IMG/VR virus record: IMGVR_UViG_3300008448_000114
Location: 1 to 53,958 of that record
Source of the DNA: a virus
Lineage: Duplodnaviria > Caudoviricetes
DNA: 53,958 nt
Reading direction: 5' to 3' (one strand)
In this document: in pieces, positions 10,901 through 19,478 of the stretch
How positions within the stretch are numbered: the first letter of the stretch is position 1
How the letters are laid out: each line of letters opens with the position of its first letter
Program-made: the position numbers and the translations under genes
Notes under the pieces: generated by a model
What the model was told of the DNA's origin: nothing
The model's database searches: none
The model's input: the letters and a program-made list of their open reading frames with translations, nothing else

Positions 10901-13900
10901 ATTTCTTCTTGCAGCAATTTCAGTACCCCACTTGTATCCACCATCTCTTTGTTTCCATCTTAATGCTTTAACATACTCGGTATATACCATATTGCTATAG
11001 TTTCCATAGTCGTACACCTGAGATAGCGCAGACGACAGGCTAAGCATATTTGCCGGACTTAAATTGCTTAAGTAATCATCCGACAGAGACGTCATAAAGC
11101 TAAGGAACTGCTGATATAGCACTCCGTTTGGTATTTTATTTCTTATATCGGAAAGCTCATCTGCTAGCTCTGTTTTTATCTTACCTACAAGAGCTGTTGT
11201 TTCTATTTTAATATCCTGCTCTTTATCAGCAATTATTCTGTTTATATCCCCTAAGTCTGTAAGCATCAGTACACCATACTGTTGCATGATGTCTGCTTGT
11301 TGCTGTGGAGTAAGCGCGGATATATTGTTCTTTCTTTCTTGTACATCTTCAACAGCTTTTTTAAGCTCCATCATCTTCTTGTAGTCAAGCATTGACAAAG
11401 TCTGCGTATTAGCCTTATTTATAAGGTCTTTTATTTTAGTCAACAGACTCTTATGCTCGTCGGCTATTTTTTGCTGATTAGACGGAGATATTGAATTAAG
11501 TATATCTATCGCATCTTGTATTGACCCTAATTTTAGAGCAACAATATCTTTGATGTGTCCGTTTAGTTTTGACAATTCCTCAAGAGATGCACTGCTATCA
11601 GGAAGTTCAGATAAAGGGAATCCAAGTATAGCTTTTACCTTATCAAAATACTCTCCAGAATACTTTGTAGATGAAGCTGTTTCAAGTCTGTCAAATGACT
11701 TTTGCACATCAGCAAGAACTTTTTTTCTGTATGCTTTTTCTACGACTTTTGATATTTCAGTAGCTCCTTTATCTACTGCTGTCATTATATCGTCTCTTGA
11801 GAAAATATTATCATTTAAGTCTTTGATAATTGCTTTTATCTGCCCTGTAGTAAGTTGAGCTCCTCTTCCATATCTATTTTGGAAATCTTTAAGTATCAAC
11901 TTAACAGCATCTTCAATCTTTTTAGCTCTGTCTTTTACATCCTTTATAGCACGTATCTGATTGGATACAGCATTTTTAATCCATTGAGAACTGGTCATAT
12001 TAACCATATCCTCTCCTTCAAACATTTGTCTATTAGCAGCAGGGAATGAAGCCCTTACGGCATCAGAAGCGATAGCAGGAGCAAGGCTCATCATGTCTAT
12101 CCAGGACACTCCGGCAGGAACAGTTCCGTTTGCATACATCCTGTCAATGGATGCTTTTACCTGACCAAGTACGGTATCGTATGCCTGTTTTGCTGTAGTC
12201 TTTGTTCTGCTGCCTACATTTGCATTTGCTATATTTTGAGCCGCCTGATTTGCGCCAGTTACAATAGCTTGGGTGCTTGGGGACGCAAATGCTTGGCTTA
12301 TCCTGCGCTGTCTTGCTGCCGCTTGCTCTGCTATCTTGCGCTCATTATACGCCTCTCCTACATAATTCTCTATTTGCTTCTGTACAGCATTATTATTGAA
12401 CTTTCCTGTTGCATTTGCTATAACAGCAGCAGATACTTCTGATGTAGCTATAGTTCTTGCTTCTTCAAGTGTTCTGCCTTTAGACAGCTCTCTTTGCATT
12501 ACAGCATTAGCAAGGTCAATCATTTGAGACTTAAATGATGGCTCTTGCTGTCTTGCCATGAATTGAGTTTGCTGCTCTATCTCCACAGCGTTCTCATCAA
12601 ATACCACATAATTGGACCCTCTTGATGTTGCTGATGTTGCTCCACGAGATATGCTTTCTGCTGGATATTTTATACCATCAATCCCGTTTTCAAGAAGTAA
12701 TAATGACGCCTCCTTATCGCTACCAATAGTTCTAGACAACTGTAAATATATGTTTTCTCCAGTTGTTTTTAATCCTGGCGTGTCTTCTGTTTTAAATCTA
12801 TTTTTAAATCCATCAACTTTTTTATCTATCTTTTCAATTATATCATTAAATCCTTCCTTATCCCACTCCAGCCAATTATATTCAGATGGCTGTTTGCCTT
12901 TATGCAGTGTAACATCATATAGAGAACCTCCTTCTTTAATAGAATACCTGCCTGATTTAAAGTCGTTTATTACATCCTCAAGCGAGTTTAATCTATCGTT
13001 CTTTATCTCATCTGTCCATGAAGTGTCTTCTATTACTTGTTTATGGTCTTCTAGGCTTTTAAGTATTTTGTTTTTATCAAAACCTTGATAAAGCCCAACT
13101 GAAACTTTATAAAGTCCTTCTCCTTCATTATATCCTTTTTTATAAGCACCAATTGTCGCATACAATTCATCATCAACTTCTTTCCCATCTTTTAATAAAT
13201 TACTTGAAGATAATGTCCTCCTATAAGTTTCTGCAATATCTTTTACATCCGTAAAGTATAAACCCCATCCAAAAGCCTGCACTCCTTCGCCTGTTCCTAT
13301 CTTTTCTGTAGTAAACTTACCAAAGCTATAAGGGCTTCCGTGATATGCTTTTACCTCAAACAGCTTATCCCTGTCCGACATCTTATTGAAAGTAACAGCC
13401 TCTCCTGCAAGTAATGATGCGTTGGCTCGGTTAAGGAACTCATCAAGCGTAAGCAGGTCTAACTCTACCTTGCTAAGATTAAATATTCCTACATACTGAG
13501 ACAGCTTACCTATCAACCTCCTTAACCAGTTTCTAAACCCTTGCTTCTGCACCTCATTAAAAAACTGCTCTCCTCTGTCACCAATAGCGGTAGCCAAAGC
13601 CTCGTTCTCCATCTCTTCAGTAGATAATCCTTCATACAACGGGTCTGCTTGCAGCTTATCCATGTATTCACTATCACGAATCAGCTCACGACCACGATTG
13701 TAAACCTCAGGAGCAATCTCCTTAGCAGCATTCAACCACAGATGCCCGAACTCATGAATAGGCGTATTATAGTTAGCGTAGTCAGGATTCAGATACACGT
13801 CACCATTCAATACCCTACCATAAACCACACCACCCTTCGTCATCAGGTCCCTTGCAGCTTCATCTTTTAATGCTGCCTGGAAGCCTTTCTTATCCATTAT

Positions 13901-16900
13901 AACCTTGACATTAGGGAATGCTTTTTTAAGCCTATCTGTAAGCGTTTTAACGGCCTTTTTATTTGCTGTATTTGCAGGTGCGTTGGATTTGTTAATCGCA
14001 TCAATTAAGGCGTTTCTTGCCTCTACTACGCGATTATTTGCTTCTGATATGACAGGAGGTATAACAGGAATAGGAGCTGCGTAATTAGTTCCAGTCATCC
14101 ATTGTTTAACCTTGTCAACAACTTGTTGCCCCATCTGCCTAACAGCACGCTCTTCTCCTTCTGTTACCTGCTGAGCCAGTTCATCCATTAACTGAACTTC
14201 CTGACCAGGATTTATTGTCCTTGTATAGTTCTGTATTACGGGAGTATTGTCGGGGAGTCCTGTTATTTCTTGGACTGCTTGCTGCGCTTGGCTGCCGAAA
14301 TTGCGATTGCGAGCATCTGCTGCCTGCTGCGTGGTTTGCCCGACGCCCCCTTCTCCTTGCCCGATTTTTTGTTGTCCTTGCTCAACTCCCGTAGGTTGTA
14401 TGAGATTGCTTGGTTGACCGCCTTCTTGCTGCGGCCTTGTGCTGATTTCAGTGGCATATTGTTGTGAATTTAAGTAACGTGATTTTAATGTTTCAAGGTC
14501 ATTTAACCTTTGTGTAAGATTTTCTACATCTGCCATCCTGTTAGAGTAAGGCATATCATTCTGTAAGGCAAACTCATAATCTACTTTAGCCTTCTCTATC
14601 AGGTCTTTAGTGTTCTGTATTTTGGTAGCTAAAAACATTTCAGGATTAGATACAATAGACGCTTCATTAGCCCTAGCAGCATTGCTGTTCTTCTCATTAG
14701 CTACGTACAAATCCCTTAATCTGTTAGAGAAACTCATCCTGTCAATAGGAGTCATATCCACCTCTTCAGCTTGAGCTGTTTGCTTTTGTTCTTCTGTCCT
14801 TGCATCAAGGATGCCATTATTCCCTATCATCGTATCAGACAAGCCAAAATAGTCGTAGATAAGCGTCTTCATTTCAGTAGGCTCAATAGCAAACTGCTGT
14901 TCAGCATATTCTACATCATTTAAAGCCTTATCAGCGTTCTGCATATATGTCTCTATTACTTGAGCAGACGCTTCAGGAGACACCTGTCCGTTCTCTACCA
15001 TTGTGCTTATCTCCTTAGCCTTAACAATATTATCAAGAGCTATTGTCCTTTGTTGCATCGTAGTTTTAGGACTAAAGTTCATCGACATAGCCGTAGGAAG
15101 CCATACGTCTCTTACCATCTCATAAACAGGAAGATTAAGCTCGGACTCTTTTATATTGCCGGACTCTACCTCCTGAATGACTTTAAGTATAGGTGCTATG
15201 TTTTCTTTTTGAGTAAGAGCAGATATAACAAAAGCCTCTTCCTTTGTAATGTTAAGTTCTTTGTTTTTGACAAGCTGTTTCCTTATCTCCTCTTGTGCCG
15301 TATTCCTGTTCTTCATATTTTGGGCAAGTTTTGTACCTCCCCTAAATATGGCAGATGTGCCTATCATTGTAATCAACATATCAAGACTCTGCTGTGCCGT
15401 AAATACCGTAGGATTAAACGTAGCATTCGTCATTGTGTTGAACGTGCTTTGCAATATTGCATTGCCTTTATCTGCAACCTCTTCTTCTAAATATTCAAGA
15501 GAGCCTGACTTTAAAACCCTTCCTGTTCTTTTTGCAAATAACCTGGCATACTCTTTAAATGCTTGAGCCCTTGTTTGCGGAGACATGATACGCTTAATCA
15601 AGTCTTTCGTAAGAACAGACTTACCCCTTCTTAATCCAAGAAGAGATGTTTCTCTTGTAATCATTTCGGAGAAAAATTCAATCCCATTATAAAGCTGAGA
15701 ATAAACTATCTGTTCTATCCCCGTTAATCCAGCATCAGCAGCTTCTCTCATGGCTCTACCTGTTCCTGTTGCAGCAAGATACGCATATCCTCCTGCCGGT
15801 CCACCTGCGATAAAAGCTCCTGAAAATGCCAGCATTTGAGGAAGGGCTTCTCCAATTTGTCCTACAATCTTTCCAGCATAACTATCAGCCTCTATATTTG
15901 TTTCAATCCTATTTTTATACTCTCTTATTGATGCTGATACGTTTGCAGCATTAGGGTTGTATCCACTCCAGTCAAAAGATGAAAGCTTATTGCCTGTTTC
16001 GCGAATACCTTCCATCATCCCTCTTATAGTATTTATAGACTTAATAGCAAATATTATATTTTTAGGAGTGCTTTTATTAAGTGTAGTTACATCCTGCGTT
16101 AATGGTGACAGCAAAGGAAAGCTGTACATATTAGTGTCGGTAAACTTGCTATTGTAGTTATCGTCAATCTCATGAAGTCGGTTTAACACAAATTTGCCTC
16201 TTTCGCTAAAAAGAGCACTTTCGTTAAATATCTTTAAACTTCCATTGTAAGAGTTTACCTTCTTTTCAAAGTCAGGCATATTCTCACTCAAAAATGCTTT
16301 AAGTTCTTTTTCAGGGAAAAGACTTTTAGCTCTTTTAGCTACCTGGTCAAGTTTTAATAACTGCTCATTTGTGCTTTCTATAACCTCTGGATTATTCAAC
16401 ATCAAATCCTTACCGGTAGTGTTTAAGAACTCAATATCGTCTGGCTTAAGGTCTGCATATCTATCTTTGTAGTTGCTCCCTTTCTCCATAAGGAACGACT
16501 TAAGTTTAATGTATCTTACAGCATCTCTAACGTTCTTATCATCGCTATTTTCAAGTGCATTGTATCCGTCATTTAACTCTTTAAGCGCAACTGTATATCC
16601 TGACTGATTATTTATCTTAAGTATTCCTGCTTCTATCAATGACTGGCTTATTTCAAGGTCTATTTTAGCGTCTTTAAAACCGCCTATAACTCCTTCTACT
16701 TCAGGAAGGAAATCTTTTAAAGTAGCATATATTGTTTCAATATCCTTGTTGTCAAGTTTTGTTTTAGCGGCATCTACAAGACTTGCCATGCCCTCTATGC
16801 TGTTAAGATACATGCCCTTTCTTCCGCCTGCCTCATCAAGTATCTGTTGCATAGCAGGTATAAGTTGAGGATTCTTTTTTACCTCAAGAGCAAGAACACC

Positions 16901-18337
16901 ATTATTTATCTTTTGAACTTCCTTACCAAGACCAGTACGCACAAGCTCCTTAAGTAAGAACTCGCCACCTTCAGCAGTTTTAGATAGTAGTGTAAATGGT
17001 GATGTCGCAATACCACCAACAGCCTCCAATAATCTTTCATACGCATCATCGTCTGATTTGCTTTGCTGTCTTATTTCTGCCCATTTCTGTTCAAATTCAT
17101 TTGTAAAGGTAGCCGCTGTCAATACCAACTTAAACCAGTCGGGTGTCTTTTTATCAGACATTAATCCTGTATAGGCAGAAGCAACATTATTCATTTGCTT
17201 GTTTCTATCATCTCCAAGCGTTTTTATCTTAATGTCGGCTTCAGCTCTTGTTAATGAACCTTCTGTTACTTGAGTCTCTATGTCAGATACTCGGTCATCA
17301 AAGTTTACAATTAAGTCGTAATCATATTTAATGGATATTGGCGTTACTTTTTTATAGTTTGCTACAGGAATAAACTGCCCTGTAGATTGGTCATATACTC
17401 CATCTATATCTTTAACTTTCTCTACAATCTTAACTTGCTTTCCTTCGCTGTTAAGTACCGGATTACCTTGCTCATCTACCTTGTTGGTAGCCCTATAATA
17501 CATAGGCTTTGCAAAAGGGGCCATTGTATTTGAATTATACCCATACAATGTAAACCCTCTGAATATGTCACCATCTTTTACTTTATCTTTTTCAAAAGCA
17601 TCTACAAATCCTTCAAATGTATTTATGCCTTTTTGATAGGTCTTCTGTGCCATATCCTCGTACTCAGGAACCGTGTCATCTCCCTGGTGAGTAGAAACCC
17701 TCTCCCATAACTCTCCATTCAATAAACGTCTCCATCTTTCAGTAGAAGCCTTTAGATTTCTTTGTACAATATAGTCAGTAGCCTTTACCTGCTTTATAGT
17801 AGGATTATTATCCTTTATGTAAGACATATTGGTATCTTTCTGATATGTCTCATATTCCTTTTTATACTTTTGTTCAATATCTCTTGTGCCTTGTCTTATT
17901 TGTCTATCCCTTCTTCTTTGGCTCTTTTTATCATTGCCTGGGTTGCGCTCAAAGGCCTGCTGTTGTAAAGTTTCTATTTCAGCGTCTTTCTGAACCTTTA
18001 ACTCTTCTGCCTTCTTTAACTTCTCTTCCTCTGTTGGAGGGTCAGGCAACTTCTCATTCTGTATTGTTTGTAAAGCGTCTTTAGGAAGCTCTGTATAAAC
18101 TTTGTCATCAACAACATAACCCTCTGCTTTCGTTTCTGTTGCTACAGGCTTTAATGACTGATAGATGTCCTTTGCCTGCTTGTCCTGCATGAAGGTTTCA
18201 TCTTCTTCTACTTTACCAAACTCTGTATTGGTAATAGAATCTAATTCAAATAAAGACGCTTCCGATGGTCCGACAAGAGGTTCTTGAATATCTTGTAATT
18301 CAGGATTGATGAATTGTTCGTTTAAGTCTTGAGTCAT
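7958..18337 (-). CDS. Giant polyvalent ejection (cargo) protein with zincin metallopeptidase and ADP-ribosyltransferase-like domains
   Basis: 3459 aa. HEFGH motif (13756-13742) followed by ENEALA; YHGS...IGTGEG.QAFGWGLYFT...DGIKY...NYVVFD block (~13350-12570); G/R-rich C-terminus. Follows the tail genes. Confidence 0.8.
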   Translation of the reverse strand: MTQDLNEQFINPELQDIQEPLVGPSEASLFELDSITNTEFGKVEEDETFMQDKQAKDIYQSLKPVATETKAEGYVVDDKVYTELPKDALQTIQNEKLPDPPTEEEKLKKAEELKVQKDAEIETLQQQAFERNPGNDKKSQRRRDRQIRQGTRDIEQKYKKEYETYQKDTNMSYIKDNNPTIKQVKATDYIVQRNLKASTERWRRLLNGELWERVSTHQGDDTVPEYEDMAQKTYQKGINTFEGFVDAFEKDKVKDGDIFRGFTLYGYNSNTMAPFAKPMYYRATNKVDEQGNPVLNSEGKQVKIVEKVKDIDGVYDQSTGQFIPVANYKKVTPISIKYDYDLIVNFDDRVSDIETQVTEGSLTRAEADIKIKTLGDDRNKQMNNVASAYTGLMSDKKTPDWFKLVLTAATFTNEFEQKWAEIRQQSKSDDDAYERLLEAVGGIATSPFTLLSKTAEGGEFLLKELVRTGLGKEVQKINNGVLALEVKKNPQLIPAMQQILDEAGGRKGMYLNSIEGMASLVDAAKTKLDNKDIETIYATLKDFLPEVEGVIGGFKDAKIDLEISQSLIEAGILKINNQSGYTVALKELNDGYNALENSDDKNVRDAVRYIKLKSFLMEKGSNYKDRYADLKPDDIEFLNTTGKDLMLNNPEVIESTNEQLLKLDQVAKRAKSLFPEKELKAFLSENMPDFEKKVNSYNGSLKIFNESALFSERGKFVLNRLHEIDDNYNSKFTDTNMYSFPLLSPLTQDVTTLNKSTPKNIIFAIKSINTIRGMMEGIRETGNKLSSFDWSGYNPNAANVSASIREYKNRIETNIEADSYAGKIVGQIGEALPQMLAFSGAFIAGGPAGGYAYLAATGTGRAMREAADAGLTGIEQIVYSQLYNGIEFFSEMITRETSLLGLRRGKSVLTKDLIKRIMSPQTRAQAFKEYARLFAKRTGRVLKSGSLEYLEEEVADKGNAILQSTFNTMTNATFNPTVFTAQQSLDMLITMIGTSAIFRGGTKLAQNMKNRNTAQEEIRKQLVKNKELNITKEEAFVISALTQKENIAPILKVIQEVESGNIKESELNLPVYEMVRDVWLPTAMSMNFSPKTTMQQRTIALDNIVKAKEISTMVENGQVSPEASAQVIETYMQNADKALNDVEYAEQQFAIEPTEMKTLIYDYFGLSDTMIGNNGILDARTEEQKQTAQAEEVDMTPIDRMSFSNRLRDLYVANEKNSNAARANEASIVSNPEMFLATKIQNTKDLIEKAKVDYEFALQNDMPYSNRMADVENLTQRLNDLETLKSRYLNSQQYATEISTRPQQEGGQPSNLIQPTGVEQGQQKIGQGEGGVGQTTQQAADARNRNFGSQAQQAVQEITGLPDNTPVIQNYTRTINPGQEVQLMDELAQQVTEGEERAVRQMGQQVVDKVKQWMTGTNYAAPIPVIPPVISEANNRVVEARNALIDAINKSNAPANTANKKAVKTLTDRLKKAFPNVKVIMDKKGFQAALKDEAARDLMTKGGVVYGRVLNGDVYLNPDYANYNTPIHEFGHLWLNAAKEIAPEVYNRGRELIRDSEYMDKLQADPLYEGLSTEEMENEALATAIGDRGEQFFNEVQKQGFRNWLRRLIGKLSQYVGIFNLSKVELDLLTLDEFLNRANASLLAGEAVTFNKMSDRDKLFEVKAYHGSPYSFGKFTTEKIGTGEGVQAFGWGLYFTDVKDIAETYRRTLSSSNLLKDGKEVDDELYATIGAYKKGYNEGEGLYKVSVGLYQGFDKNKILKSLEDHKQVIEDTSWTDEIKNDRLNSLEDVINDFKSGRYSIKEGGSLYDVTLHKGKQPSEYNWLEWDKEGFNDIIEKIDKKVDGFKNRFKTEDTPGLKTTGENIYLQLSRTIGSDKEASLLLLENGIDGIKYPAESISRGATSATSRGSNYVVFDENAVEIEQQTQFMARQQEPSFKSQMIDLANAVMQRELSKGRTLEEARTIATSEVSAAVIANATGKFNNNAVQKQIENYVGEAYNERKIAEQAAARQRRISQAFASPSTQAIVTGANQAAQNIANANVGSRTKTTAKQAYDTVLGQVKASIDRMYANGTVPAGVSWIDMMSLAPAIASDAVRASFPAANRQMFEGEDMVNMTSSQWIKNAVSNQIRAIKDVKDRAKKIEDAVKLILKDFQNRYGRGAQLTTGQIKAIIKDLNDNIFSRDDIMTAVDKGATEISKVVEKAYRKKVLADVQKSFDRLETASSTKYSGEYFDKVKAILGFPLSELPDSSASLEELSKLNGHIKDIVALKLGSIQDAIDILNSISPSNQQKIADEHKSLLTKIKDLINKANTQTLSMLDYKKMMELKKAVEDVQERKNNISALTPQQQADIMQQYGVLMLTDLGDINRIIADKEQDIKIETTALVGKIKTELADELSDIRNKIPNGVLYQQFLSFMTSLSDDYLSNLSPANMLSLSSALSQVYDYGNYSNMVYTEYVKALRWKQRDGGYKWGTEIAARRNEITATGLTGFVQNAFRNFARTFTDVEGATPSADAISRNLDLLKITALDYELYNEFDRLNMGYLEREIFGPMAASIDAAMVKTQSKLGQLQTAMIAFSDKSNHATIKKAIGQVLKTYDVSGSILGMSLRNKLREGRAASFLNDISVRMAAIVAHQIDHISNNPAQIIDRVLQRNIFEVKAGEKGVTFMEGTMFDYFTKGGVSFKSLEGNNNKFMDAIAYAALTNGGTTTLKDLTEGKLMDLLTDKQKEGLAGWREHINQNRETFEAAQVIVGNMGASVKNYFPIRVYGDKTVTEVTDPMAYLNGQFSNLGIDKGQTISRSGETGTIDLDANKVLLHNMKALNLMVEVMPFLQQIKGLGDAINDVKTAKDVNEFSAAYLEGVDKNLTERLKANLSHNERVVNDDFGYTFRLMSSAQSFAARVWLISVTRQLFADFPANIGKLTSALGFENKKFGNQILQLLSPKKSRYTTDTGTYKWDDYVEIANLTGSPVYKVMSLYADNFLYEFKKTPEELQRQQRVASWQDMAVKKHGWMSRFEEAFKRITGEYLDHQKFKDERGVYRASNMDAVLQASSVADSFTDRQFSLPSFTRQPLRKQLLAPFLGRGIRNMFDTDKRKISLAKDNPLAILTGFLQGYPTTQHQLYNSYIKLAFSTRSGLSLGKRAEYLTRAVLEGIVPSITYSIFRSYMGVLYLSTAAAVYAAAGDDDDPKAVENKIKELDKKEGWDKYIETIKTGLKAKSKAVNEVIINGIASTAIDPQTSFFWRTALGMAAFYMYKEGATERLLTMDKRQRKKAMMQMRQKEASWFNMYNVRPIEIYGGKTYDEAIRAFYSAEEPTKGWEDLVNSFSGISAIHGLSTTVNDIRRYYAASGEDTKVDSKETAIAAGLTAYGYIFANMMIGGKFGFFLNMVSGDLRNIGTKILKEQRPEVVQEERKQEKKTRRGFTMFFEPGESGGKKGSRGGSGRGGGSGRGRGGSGRGGGGR
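14263..14457 (-). CDS. Small basic protein nested out of frame in the giant gene
   Basis: MPLKSAQGRSKKAVNQAISYNLREL...GKPRSRQQMLAIAISAAK, with leader TAAATTCACAACAAT-ATG resembling the capsid gene leader. Confidence 0.6.
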   Translation of the reverse strand: MPLKSAQGRSKKAVNQAISYNLRELSKDNKKSGKEKGASGKPRSRQQMLAIAISAAKRSKQSKK

Positions 18338-18341
18338 AGAA

Positions 18342-18349
18342 CAAATATA
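18342..18349 (-). promoter_or_regulatory. Bacteroidota-type -7 box, probably leaderless transcript
   Basis: TATATTTG-TTCT-ATG directly before the giant gene. Confidence 0.6.
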
Positions 18350-18399
18350 AGAATTGTTAAGAATATAGTATATGGATTATTTAAACACAATGGAGGTTT

Positions 18400-18720
18400 T
18401 TCCCTGCACTTAACAGCGCGGCGACCAAAAAAGCGTGAGTCGTTGCTTTTTAGCTCATCCAACCAAAGATTCCCTACCCCTGCTACTCCAATACTAACAA
18501 AAAAATACACGGGCTTGTCAGTATCAGTAATTATTTATAGGAGGAACAGCTTTTGCCCATATATCATCATGTGCAGGTACTCGTTGTCACCTCTAAGACA
18601 GAGCGAGATATTTTCTGTTCCTATCACCACCAAGCCCTTCCTGAAAATTAACTTCATTATTGCCGATGGCTATCTTCATGGATATGTTTCATTGTACTCA
18701 TGTGGGTGAAACACGGAAAA
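18400..18720 (-). ncRNA. Candidate ~320-nt structured ncRNA
   Basis: Nested inverted repeats GGGCTTG(18511-17)/CAAGCCC(18631-37), GAACAG/CTGTTC, TGTC/GACA, TGTTTCA/TGAAACA in a gap with no credible ORF. Confidence 0.45.
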
Positions 18721-18730
18721 GACCACAATT

Positions 18731-18830
18731 AAAAAACCCTTGCAGGGAGCAACTACAAGGGCTAATTTAAAAGGGTCTTAATCCTTAAAGATTAACCCGA
18801 TTACGTATTGCTCCTACCTAATCGGATTCT
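18731..18830 (-). ncRNA. Three-hairpin kissing-loop RNA ending in a terminator
   Basis: Loop GGAGCAA in hairpin 1 is complementary to loop TTGCTCC in hairpin CCCTTGTAG/CTGCAAGGG-TTTTTT. Confidence 0.55.
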
Positions 18831-18836
18831 CTAACA

Positions 18837-18867
18837 CAAATCTATAACAGATTTATCAAACCACAAA
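18837..18867 (-). promoter_or_regulatory. Bacteroidota sigma-type promoter
   Basis: TTTG-N19-TAGATTTG on the minus strand. Confidence 0.6.
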
Positions 18868-18874
18868 ATATTTT

Positions 18875-19468
18875 TTATTTTTTCTTCAAAGAAAATTTAG
18901 GACCAGCTTTAACAGCACCTTGTACTTCAGCTGTTTTAGAAACAATATCAGCGGTTTGAGTAGGGCTTAATGGATTAAATCCTACCCTTCCTGCCACCTC
19001 ACGACTATTTACTTTACTCATAAATTCAGAAGAGAATTTAGTACTTGTAGTAAACTGACCAGGAAACTTATCAACAGCAGTCTTTGCTATCTTACCCATA
19101 TAGTTATCATCAACATCTTTCTGCTGAGCAGGAGTTAATTGATTGTAAGACATTTCTTTTCCACCATAGCTAATCTTCATCTTGCCCTGCTTTATACTAT
19201 CTAAAGAAAAGTTTCTGTAATCCTGTAATTGTTTCTGAATCGTTCCTATATCGTCTTTTTTAATAGTAAATGAAGGATTTATTTTTCTGTACTCTTCCAT
19301 CATTTGGAATCCTTTATCTCCTTTATCAAGTTCAGGACTACCCTTCATCCCTTTAGAATCCAGCCAATCAACATAACTGTTCCATTGCTGCATAATATTC
19401 CCATCCATATTATTTACTGGGCTTGCTGTAGGCGTTACAGGATTGTTCTTTTTCTTTAAAAATGCCAT
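18875..19468 (-). CDS. Hypothetical virion-associated protein
   Basis: Start moved to ATG 19468 (MAFLKKK), just after the upstream stop. Confidence 0.6.
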   Translation of the reverse strand: MAFLKKKNNPVTPTASPVNNMDGNIMQQWNSYVDWLDSKGMKGSPELDKGDKGFQMMEEYRKINPSFTIKKDDIGTIQKQLQDYRNFSLDSIKQGKMKISYGGKEMSYNQLTPAQQKDVDDNYMGKIAKTAVDKFPGQFTTSTKFSSEFMSKVNSREVAGRVGFNPLSPTQTADIVSKTAEVQGAVKAGPKFSLKKK

Positions 19469-19478
19469 ATTATATGTA

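Noticed and set aside
18329-18709. 126-aa plus-strand ORF
   Set aside because: Antisense to the late operon, atypical composition, overlaps the structured element.
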